Source: Raja brachyura
Lineage: Eukaryota
Direction: 5' to 3'
DNA length: 64,000 nucleotides
Assembly: GCA_963514005.1 (NCBI GenBank)
Contig: OY740790.1
Coordinates: 27,962,001-28,026,000 of the forward strand
Shown: one piece after another, positions 12,950 to 23,564 of the stretch
Layout: each line of letters starts with the position of its first letter
Numbering within the stretch: position 1 is the first letter of the stretch
Notes under the pieces: model-generated
Database searches by the model: none
What the model saw: only the letters and a program-made list of their open reading frames with translations
What the model was told of the DNA's origin: nothing
Translations under genes and position numbers: made by a program

Positions 12950-14828
12950 GTAGCATTGTTCCAAAATCTACCATCAGCAGCGCTACAGATCTGCCACTGC
13001 CTGTTTGTGTGATTCCGGAGGCTTTGGGGGGGGACATGATTAAAATGCAGGTTTGCATTGGTTGTCGGAGAGGGATTTCTTCGGGCTGCTAGCGCTTCCG
13101 TTCCTGTTTTAAAAAACAAAAATTTGTTGGACGATTGCATCGCTGGATTAAAGTTAAACGCTGCTTCTAACGCCTTCAACATCACGGATCGCAATATCAG
13201 GACAAAACAAAAGGTATGTTGTTTACTTAACATATTATCTTGCTTTTTGGTGTGGCTTCATTTTAATCTTATGATGCAAAAAATGTTATTTAGGCCCACA
13301 TATGAATTGGCCGTGTCTTGCTGCCGATAAGGGCTTAAATCGTGGCAGTGGCCACATTCCAATAGATCAGATTCCAGAAACATCCACTCTCAACATAATC
13401 AAATTCATTATTCTTTTGCACACAAGGTGTACATAAGAACATCTAAATCATCTATACTTTGTGTTAGTGTCTATCCATGATCAATATTTTCATACTAAAT
13501 ATCCACAGTACAATTTTAGTCAGATGTATTGTGTAAAAAATAATTATTTTGATTATCTTGAGAGTGGATGTTTCTGGATTAATTTATGGGAATTAAACAT
13601 TAAAATACTTCCATTTGGCATATAAATTCATGACAAAGTGAGTTTTAAAAATCATGTTATATTGTGCATTCTTGTGTGAATGGGATCAGTTTGTTATTTG
13701 CCATTTGGAGACAGGCTATTTAAAAAAAAATAACCTTTTCTTAAGAAATTAATAATGTTTAGATCTAGTCATTGAATTTAGATTAATTTAATTGATCAGA
13801 TGAATTTGATTTGAGGAAAGTGATGAATATGAATTTTTTGTTGGGTATTTACAATTTGTTTTAGCGTTTAACTTTATCATTTCTTCCTTTTTTTTCTAAA
13901 ACTGCAAATAATAACTTGTTTCTGTTAATGATGTTCAGTGTTTCTTTTTTCTTTACATTTTAAACAGATGTCTCCGAAGAAGAAATGCAAAATTATCAAT
14001 CCAAATGTCCAGTAAAAGATTTAGACAACATTCGCTGAGATTATTGGAATTTGGACTCCTCCAAATGTGATGATCTACAGGACATTTTTAATGGGAAAGT
14101 AGTGGGCAGAAAAACATGTCATGCGTGGTTTGAAGAGCAAAAACTTGTAGTTTACAATGCCAAAATTGAAAAGTTATGGAAAAACAAGATGTACAGAGTT
14201 GCTTATTGGTTACAATCTGGGGAGTATGAAGATGCCACTGATTATGATATACCAATGTACCGACAAACAACTGATCTTCTCCATAACGACTTGGTATTTT
14301 GCTAGAAATTGTAATTTCTTTACCTGTCTGTTACGGACTTACAGCATATAATACAATAATATTAAAGTTCTGATCTTGAGAATATCCCATTTTTGAATTC
14401 AAGGCAGTCTGTGTGTTTATTATTATTTCCGTCACTACGGTCAATTTTGTAATTAGCTACAATTAGGTAAGTAACTAATTATATGCTTTAATTTCAGGTC
14501 ATCCAAATGAGATATTTTATAATTGTTTCAGAATGCTTCAATCTTTAATAACTGAAAATGTCATTCAGTTCTCGTAATTTTTAAGAAAGTTATGGACACA
14601 CTGATCTGTTTTGTAATCAATGCCTCGATCATAGCTTTTATATTAAGACAATGGAAAAGCAATAGGGAACAAGATGCTAATTCCCCAGTATGAAAATGGC
14701 CATAACTTTTTTAATACTGAAGATATGAATGTGAATTAGGTACCAAATTGAAGTTATTTTTATGCTTTGTCTGATGGGAAAATTACAGGCTTGATTTTTA
14801 AAATCCCAACATTTTGTAACATTCCTAC
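12950..14828 (+). mobile_element. Unclassified TIR DNA transposon, copy A (internally deleted, carries a degenerate terminal exon)
   Basis: Imperfect TIRs GTAGCATTGTTCCAAAAT / ATTTTGTAACATTCCTAC; flanks actat/tctat. Both ends are homologous to copy B. Confidence 0.75.
13968..14305 (+). pseudogene. Degenerate terminal exon inside the DNA element, Tudor/Spindlin-like pattern
   Basis: Strong acceptor tttctttacattttaaacag|AT. Frame DVSEEEMQNYQSKCPVKDLDNIR*DYWNLDSSKCDDLQDIFNGKVVGRKTCHAWFEEQKLVVYNAKIEK...YRVAYW...TDLLHNDLVFC*. Confidence 0.5.
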
Positions 14829-15256
14829 TCTATAAGATCACCCCTCATCCTCCTGTGCTCCAAGGGATAGAATCCCAGTCTACTCAACCTCTCCCTATAG
14901 CTCACACCCTCGAGTCCTGGCAACATCCTTGTAAATCTTCTCAGAACCCTTTCAAGCTTGACAATATCTTTCCTATAACATGGTACCCAAAACTGAACAC
15001 AATATTATAAATGCGGTTTCATCAATGTCTTATACAACTGCCATGACCTCCCAACTTCTATACTCAATACTCTGACTATCCCGGGCCGCTCTGCCACCCC
15101 TTGGGAATTTGGGAAGTTTGGGAATTTTCCTTCAGAAATCAGGGTAAGCTGCTGGCCATTGTAAAAACTGGAATGCAAGGGTGTCACCACTGGTGGGCTG
15201 GTAAACGTTTACCTCATCAGCTTCCATTCTAAATATATATATATGGGATTTGTAAA

Positions 15257-17278
15257 AGTTCAAGTTCACGTGAGTTTATTGTCATGTGTCCCTGATAGGA
15301 CAATGTAACTCTTGCTTTGCTTCAGCACAACAGAACAAAGTAGGCATTGATTACAAAACAGATCAGTGTGTCCATATACCATTATATACGTAAATACACA
15401 CATGAACAAATAAACTGATAAAGTGCAAATAACAGACAATGGATTATTAATGTTCAGAGTTTTGTCCAAGCCAGGTTTAATAGCCTGATGGCTGTGGTGA
15501 AATAGCTATTCCTGGACCTGGTTATTGCAGTCTTCACGCTCCTGTACCTTCTACCTGAAGTATGGCCAGGATGGTGTGGGTCTTTGATGATACTGCCAGC
15601 CATTTTGAGGCAGTGACTGTGGCAAATCCCCTTGATGGAACGAAGGTTAGAGCCGATGATGGACTGGGCAGTGCTTACTACTTTTTGTAGTCTTTTCCTC
15701 TCCAGCGCGCTTAACTTGCCAAACCAAGCCAAGATGCAACCGGTCAGCAAGCTCTCTACTGTGCACCTGCAGAGGTTAGAGAGAGTCCTCCTTGACAAAC
15801 CGACTCTCTGTAATCTTCTCACTAAGTAGAGGCGCTGATGAGCTTTCTTGATAATTGCATCAGTGTTCTCGGACCAGGAAAGATCTTCAGAGATGTGCAT
15901 GCCCAGGACTTTGAAGCTCTTGACCCTTTCAACCATCCTGAATGTTGACATAAATGGGACTGTGGGTCCCCTTCCTAATCCTTCCAAAGTTCACAATCAG
16001 TTCCTTGGTTTTGCTGGTGTTGAGGGCCAGGTTATTGTGCTGGCACCATATGGACAGTTGCTCGATCTCTCTTCTGTACTCCGATTCGTCCCTATCAGTG
16101 ATACGTCCCACAACAGTGGTGTCATCAGCGAACTTGATGATGGAATTCGCACTGTGACCGGCTACGCAGTCCTAAGTATAGAGAGAGTACAGCAGGGGGC
16201 TGAGCACGCAGCCTTGTGGTGCTCCCGTGCTGATTGTTAACGAGTCTGACGCATTTCCACCAATACGAACAGACTGTGGTCTGTGAATGAGGAAGTCGAG
16301 GATCCAATTGCAGAGGGATGCGCAGATACCCAGTTCTGCGAGTTTGGTAACCAGCTTGGAGGGGATGATAGTATTAAATGCCGAGCTGTAATTGATGAAT
16401 AACAGCCTGACATATGAGTTTTTGTTGTCCAAGTGGTCCAGAGCGGAGTGGAGAGCCAGCGAGATCGCATCCCATGTTGATCTGTTGTGGCGGTAAGTGA
16501 ACTGCAGTGAGTCCAGGTTTTTGTCGAGGTAGGAGTTGATTTGCGCCATGATCAACCTCTCAAAGCACTTCATCACTACAGGCGTTAGTGCCACAGGTCG
16601 ATAGTCATTGAGGCACGTTACCTTGCTCTTCTTGGGCACTGGTATAATTAATGCCTTTTTGAAGCAGGTGGGAACCTCAGACCTCAGACGCGAGAGGTTG
16701 AAAATGTCCGTATAAACTCCAACCAGTTGGTCCGCACAGGTTTTAGACCACGACCATCAGGTCCAGACGCTTTTCGAGGGTTCACTCCTCTGAAGGATTT
16801 CCTGACGTCGGCCTCTGTGACTGAGACTGAAATACCATCACAGTGAATGGGGGCTTGGGAATGCACATCGGTATTCTCCCTATCTCCCTATCTCCCTATC
16901 AAAGATGCGTAAAACGCATGGAGCTCATCAGGGTGTGATGTTTCGCTGACTTTCGAGCTGCCTCCTGATTTCGCCTTGTTGGAGGTAATTGCATTCAGGC
17001 CCCGCCACAGCTGCCGAGCATCTGTCTCTTTCTCCAGCTTGGAGCAGGTCCCTTTTGGCCTTTTTGATGGCCTTACCAAGGTCGTTTCTGGACTTCTTAT
17101 AGACCACTGTATCATCAAACATGAATGCCCGGTGTCTGGTCTTCAGAAGAGTGCGGATCTCAAAGTTGATCCAAGGTTTCTGATTGGGAAACATTCGGAA
17201 GGTTTTTGTAGGGATGCAGTCCTCCACACATTTCTTAATGAAGTCTGTAATGATTGTGGCGTATTCGTTCAAGTCCGT
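15257..17278 (-). mobile_element. Rex1/Babar-type LINE, 5'-truncated and frameshifted (second subfamily)
   Basis: ORF fragments [26 protein letters not shown] and KAHQRLY; short tandem tail at ~15257-15272. Confidence 0.87.
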
Positions 17279-18506
17279 AAAACAACAGGAAATGGAACAT
17301 GGAACTTTACCGCACAGGTACAGGGCCTTTAGTCAAACCTGTCCATGCCGAACCTGAAGCCACTTTGTGATCTTTTGGTTCTGATGTTAATTTGTTCACT
17401 GAGCAGAAAAGAATGCTAGGAACCAGAAACGACCCTGATCCTTCAGCAAAGAAGCTGAGCACAGTCTGATGATGTAATTGACATTGTATTACAAATTGTA
17501 TAAAAGGGCTGGGGGGTCTTCCTGGTCCCAGTTACTTACCCGGAATAGCTTGCAGCAATGTCTAATAATGTGAAAGATTATGTAACCACTGCTTCTTTCC
17601 ATCCTCACCTGTACACAATTCAAGGGGGAACTTGTTCTGATGTCAGAGCAGCTGCAGTTGGAATTTGCTTTTAATTTCCTGGGTCTCTAATCAAATATTT
17701 TTTGGGGGCTGCCAATGCCTTTGCCCTTCTTTTGTTTCACTGCACTTGGGATTTCTAAATGAACCTATGTTTAATCGGAATTTACATTGCACTAAACTCT
17801 ATACCCTTTATCTTGCATCTGTGCACAGTGGACGGCTTTTATTGTAATCATGTTAGATTAGTTTATTGTCATGTATACCGAGGTACAGTGAAAAGCTTTT
17901 CTGTTATGTGCTATTCAGTCAGCAGAAAGACTATATATGAATACAATCAAGCCATCCACAGTATACAGAGACAGGATGAAGGGAATAATGTTTAGTGTAA
18001 GATAAAGTCCAATTAAAGATAGTCCGAGGATCACCAATGAGGTACATGGTAGGTCAGGACTGCTCTCCATTTGGTGATAGGATGGTTCAGTTATCTGATA
18101 AGAGTTGGGAAGAAATTGTCCCACTTATGTACTTCTTGCCTGATGGGAACGGGAGAATGCATAGTCTGGGTGGATACAAGAAACAAAGTTTTCACTGTAC
18201 CTCAGTACTCTTGACAATAATAAAATAAATTAATCTTTAGTCATATTATGACCTTTCCCAAGTAACATCCTTCATTAAACAGGATGTTCTAATTGTCAAA
18301 CATCATTCACTCCATTAATTCCACCTCTCCCATTCGCATTTACCAAATCCTTCACTTCTCTTGACCGTCACATTCCCAAACATTAGTCCCTCAATTAATC
18401 TAACTTGTCAAATTCCCAAATATTATTTCCTTCACTAACGCAGACAGTCCCATTCTTGAATTTCAGATGCTTTCCTAGTATCTTAGTTTCCTCGTTTCCT
18501 GAAACC

Positions 18507-18567
18507 CACATTAGGCAGGAAAGAAATCCACATTGGACAGGAAAGAAATCCACATTAGGCAGGAAAT
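18507..18567 (+). repeat. Tandem repeat, about 3 x 22 bp
   Basis: ccacatt(ag/gg)(g/a)caggaaagaaat repeated at the 5' junction of the CR1. Confidence 0.8.
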
Positions 18568-20035
18568 GGTGTTGGATAGACTGATTTGACTGACGGCTGA
18601 TAAATCCCCAGGGCCTGATGGTCTGCATCCCAGGGTACTTAAGGAAGTGGCTCTAGAAATTGTGGATGCATTGGTGATAATTTTCCAATATTCTATAGAC
18701 TCGGGATCAGTTCCTGTGGATTGGAGGGTAGCTAATGTTATCCCACTTTTTAAGAAAGGCAGGAGAGAGAAAACAGGGAATTATAGACCAGTTAGCCTGA
18801 TATTGGTGGTGGGGAAGAGTCAATTATAAAAGATGAAATAGCCGCACATTTGGATAGCAGTAACAGGATCAGTCTGAGTCAGCATGCATTTACGAAGGGG
18901 AAGTCATGCTGACTAATCGAATTTACGAAGGGGAAATCATGCTTGTCTAACCAATAGAAAATTGGTTGGCAGACAGGAAAGAAAGAGTAGGGATTAACGG
19001 GTCCATTTCAGAATGGCAGGCAGTGACTAGTGGGGTACCGCAAGGCTTGGTGCTGGGACCGCAGCTATTTACAATACACATCAATGATTTGGATGAAGGG
19101 ATTCAAACTTACATTAGCAAATTTGCAGATGACACAAAACTGGGTGGCAGTGTGAACTGTGAGGAGGATGCTATGAGAATGCAGGGTGACTTGGACAGGT
19201 TGGGGGAGTGGGCAGATGCATGGCAGATGAAGTTCAATGCAGATAAATGTGAGGATATCTACTTTGGTAACAAAAACAGGAAGGCAGATTACTATCTAAA
19301 AGGTGTCAAGTTGGGAAAAGGGCAAGTACAACGGGATCTGGGGATCCTTGTTCATCAGTCTATGAAAGTAGGTATGCAGCTACAGCAGGCAGTGAAGAAA
19401 GCGAATGGCATGTTGGCCGTTATAACAAGAGGAGTCGAATATAGGAGCAAAGAGGTCCTTCTGCAGTTGTACAGAACCCTAGTGAGACCACACCTGGAGT
19501 ATTGTGTGCAGTTTTGGTCCCCTAATTTGAGGAAGGACATTCTTGCTATTGAGGGAGTGCAGCATAGGTTTACAAGGTTAATTCCCGGGATGGTGGAACT
19601 GTCATATGCTGAGAGCAGCTGGGCTTGTACACTTTGGAGTTCAGAAGTATGAGAGGGGATCTCATTGAAACATATAAGATTGTTAAGGGTTTGGACACGC
19701 TAGAGGAAGGAAACATGTTCCCGATGTTGGGGGAGTCCAGAACCAGGGGCCACAGTTTAAGAATAAAGAGTAGGCCATTTAGAACGGAGACGAGTAAACA
19801 CTTTATCTCACAGAGAGTTGTGAGTCTGTGGAATTCTCTGCCTCAGAGGGCAATGGAGGCAGGTTCTCTGGATGCTGTCAAGAGAGAGCTAGATAGGGCT
19901 CTTAAAATTAGCGGAGTCGGGATATTGGGAGAAGGCAGGAATGGGGTACTGATTGGGGATGATCAACCATGATCACATTGAATGGCGGTGCTGGCGTGAA
20001 GGGCCGAATGGCCTACTCCTGCACCTATGGTCTAT
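18560..20035 (+). mobile_element. CR1 LINE, 5'-truncated with internal deletion
   Basis: PGPDGLHP, GNYRPVSL, SGVPQG, KFADDTKLG, RPHLEYCVQFWSP and RGDLIETYKI, followed by a CR1 3' UTR. Confidence 0.9.
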
Positions 20036-20058
20036 AACCAATGTTGTTCTGCAACATC

Positions 20059-20194
20059 TTCTTATTCTTGCTTATGGTGTGCACAGCCTAAAGTTGGAGA
20101 CACCAAAACACTACATCTATTTGTTTGTGCATGTCTGGTTGATTGCATTAGTCGAAACAGGGTGGACCAAGTGAAGTTTGCAATCTCCCCACCC
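20059..20194 (-). mobile_element. ~140-bp short retroposon (putative Vingi-mobilised)
   Basis: 12-bp TSD ttctgcaacatc at 20047-20058 and 20195-20206. Reverse-complement homologue of 40636-40776. Confidence 0.7.
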
Positions 20195-22479
20195 TTCTGC
20201 AACATCAGATCTTTGAGTTACTCAACCTGTCCCATTCTCACAAACCTTCTCTATTGCAGCCAGTTTGTTTCTCAGAAACCAGCTGTTCCATCACCAATAT
20301 CATGTATGTTGCTTTAAATGTAATTTTCTCTTGTCTTGCTCTCCTTTGAGCTTACATATACTTTACACTGGATATTGAATTTAATTGGAGACAGATGCTG
20401 GCAACAGAGTGCATAGATTTGTTTGACGTGTACCAGATGTGTATGAGTTATTAACTCTTATTTAAGCTGTTCAATGTGTTACATTTTGCACACTTTGCAA
20501 AATGCTCAGCTCGATATCATGGTGCAAATCTACTGTACATTACTATCATGGTTTGTTTTAGCACTACCATCATAGGCACAGGAATTATGTTTTGTCCAAG
20601 ATTTCTCTCCTTTCCCACTGAATGCTTCTGTGCGATGTGACAATTAACTATGTATAAAATCCATCAATGGGTTGCATTAGTAACCAAGGACATGCAAATT
20701 CTTATCATTTCTCATTCAGCCTTTCTTAAGCCATCTTGGACCTTTTGTCCTGACCTTGCTTCTTGAGATGAGGGGTTGCTCTTTGAAGAGAATGAGGAAA
20801 ATTGGGTTGTTCTCACTGGAGTGTGAAAGGATGAGAGGTGATCTCATTGAAAGATACAACATTTTTTTGAGACAATTTGTCAAAGTTGTTTCATCAAAGT
20901 GGACAATTCACAACTGGAAGACCAGGTATTAAAGGATTGGTTATTTCAGTCCAGCATGAGACATTTAATTGCACAGAAGGTTGTGAATCTGTAAAATTGT
21001 GAATAGTTAGGATTCTCTACCTCCATTGTGGATGTCCCGTCATTGCATATATTGAAAGCTAAGATTAATGGATTCTTAGAGCAAAAGTGAGTCGGAGAAT
21101 GTAGTGATTGGGCAGTAAAAGAAGGAGTGATCGGATCAACCAGAATCTGGATGAAATCCATATCAGAAAGATGGCCTATTCTAGTTCTCCTGTGATTGTG
21201 ACATCCTTTAACTGTATTGTTTGGACATCACTGTGGCTACTGATTCTTTTGAACATTCTTGTTTATAAACTTCTCACTGAGTTAAAATCAGAGCTACGTA
21301 TCTTATTTTCATGGTATATTCAAATGGTTCATCATTTGCCTCCTTAGTAGTTTCTTTGACAAGCAAAACAGGGAAGGAAGGGAGTAATTCAGAAGTCACG
21401 ATACCTTTGATACACAACAGGAGTTGATGCCCTTTAGTTAGCGTTTCTGAAGCTAGGGAGCCAATTTAAAAGAGAGAATCGTGAAAGTGATAATCTCTCG
21501 ATCAGTCTCGCTGTCATGTACTGGCAAGAGAGGAAGTAGAAAGTAAATTTTACTTCCGAGTCACGTGAGTGACTTCGTGAAGACCCCGCCAACATGCATG
21601 CGCGTCACATCGTCGCGCGCATTTGCTACCAGCAAGCTGGGGGGGGAGTGCGTTTCCCCACCAGCTCCTTCAAAAGACTGCTCCAGGTAAGTAGAAACTA
21701 ACCTTGAGCTGGTTCTTCTGTAGGTTTTTTCTTACAGAAGCGATGGAGGAGAAGAGGAAACTCTCTAAGAGCCGCGGGTCGCGGCATACTTCCTCGGCGC
21801 TGACTGCAGGATCAACACCTGTTAGACCGGGGAAGCAGGTGCGGAAGTCGGACCCTATGGAGTTGGTAGGGGCCGACTCGCCTCCGTTATTAGCTGGAGG
21901 AAAGTCCGCACGGGAGCAGGGGGAAGGAGACCCTGACTTCGTTCCACCGTCGCCCAAAGTCAGGGCTGGTGGGAAAAAGGCACAACGGGTGCCTCGCACG
22001 GCAAGTACCGCTTCTGTTTTACAGGGTCCCTAGGGAGCAGACCCGAGGGAAAGCCGTGCAGAAATCAAGCCCAGCTGCTGCAGTGGGCATTGATATACCG
22101 CAGGGGAAAACTGCGAGGTTCCGGGCTGGCGACCGTACTGCTGGAGCAGCATACCCTGCAGGTGCAGGAGGTACCAGCACTGCACCAGAACAGGCTGCCG
22201 GAGCGTAGACCGGTGGCAGGAAAATGCGGTTAGGCAATCCCGTTGCTACGGGTAAAGCCAGCCAAGCGCCGTCACAGACCCCTGGGGGTGAGGGTGACGG
22301 TGTGCCTGCACGGACCACGGAACTGGTGTTGGAGACCGGTTCCGACTCATCTCCTTTGCCTGCTCATCAGGTAGAGAGGCCGCTAAGGTCCGAGAGACAC
22401 TGGGCAAGCGGGTTGTCTGTGCGGAAGTTGTTCAGCCCCGGCAGGAGCGGGTGCTGACGAATACCTGTCAGCGCACTTC

Positions 22480-23562
22480 GTGCAGGTGCGACCAACTGGC
22501 AGAAGCCCCAGCGACTCAGCAGGGCCTGGGGAAGTCGACCTGTCGTCCGCGTGTAGCGGCGGCGGTCGCATGGCACGAATGGAGCAAATGGTGGAGGTGC
22601 TCTGTCAGCGGGACCTGGAACGACAAGAGCGGGAGTCCTTGCAGTCTGGGAGTAAGAGCAGGGTGCCTCTGTCGATTTCACCCTCGTCTTTCGCTAGCAG
22701 GTGCAGTGAGCGGATGGGTGATTTCGAGGACACAGAGATGGAAGACCAACCCGCAGGTCCAGACGCTGAAGAAATGCTGGAGGCTGTTGCAAAGTTTGGG
22801 AAACCAACTAGCGTTGGAGAGCCACTACATCCGAAAATAGCGGCTACTATCAATTATTTATCATCTCACCAGCTCCAGGATAATGTCATTGGGGAGACAT
22901 TGGAGAAATATAAGGCCCCAGCAAATTGTGTGTCCCTCAGTGTGCCGAAGGTCAACCTGCCAATTTGGGGGAACATAAATAGCAACACCAGGGCACAGGA
23001 GGGCAAGCTCCAGAAAATTCTCAAATTACTGACGTCAGGAATCACGGCTTTTGCGAGGACATTGGATGGAGCAGATGTGTCGGAGGGACAGCAGGACGCA
23101 TTAGCTCTCCTGTGCAATGCACAGTTTGAGATAAACTGTTTCAGGAAAAGCTCCATTCGGCCCAAACTAAACCCAAAATTTGCTGGGTTGTGCCGCACCT
23201 CCACTGCACCACCAACAACACAGCTGTTTGGGGAGGACCTGTCTAAACAGGTAAAAGAATTGGATGAAGAGGCCAAAACAGTGGGGCTTATGAAGCCACC
23301 TATGTCGGGTAGAAGCCTGCCCTATCAAAGGCAGCACCCTTATTCTTCATCCAAACCCAGGTGGCAGTCGGATAGGAACCCAAGAACATACCCAACAAGA
23401 ACTTACCAACCACCGGCTCCCCAACAGCAGTACCAACATCAGCAACAACAACAACTGTCTTTTTTAGGGCAGGGCCCTCCGAAGCCCACGTGGAAAATGC
23501 GGCAACAACCAGCATCAGCCCAAAGGCCGCAAAAGCCCCCATTCTCCAGACCCCGGAGGTAA
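22480..23562 (+). CDS. DIRS gag-like ORF1 (open C-terminal part; upstream low-complexity part from ~21743 is interrupted)
   Basis: 360-aa ORF directly upstream of pol, with PANC..L.VP.VN.IW and LFGEDL motifs typical of DIRS1 gag and a Q/P/R-rich C-terminus. Confidence 0.8.
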   Translation: MQVRPTGRSPSDSAGPGEVDLSSACSGGGRMARMEQMVEVLCQRDLERQERESLQSGSKSRVPLSISPSSFASRCSERMGDFEDTEMEDQPAGPDAEEMLEAVAKFGKPTSVGEPLHPKIAATINYLSSHQLQDNVIGETLEKYKAPANCVSLSVPKVNLPIWGNINSNTRAQEGKLQKILKLLTSGITAFARTLDGADVSEGQQDALALLCNAQFEINCFRKSSIRPKLNPKFAGLCRTSTAPPTTQLFGEDLSKQVKELDEEAKTVGLMKPPMSGRSLPYQRQHPYSSSKPRWQSDRNPRTYPTRTYQPPAPQQQYQHQQQQQLSFLGQGPPKPTWKMRQQPASAQRPQKPPFSRPRR

Positions 23563-23564
23563 CC

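Larger units (their letters stand above)
12590..15080 (-). mobile_element. CR1 3' fragment split by the DNA element at 12950-14828
   Basis: CR1 sequence ...ctcatgattttataca / tctataagatcacccctc... continues across the insertion. Confidence 0.7.
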
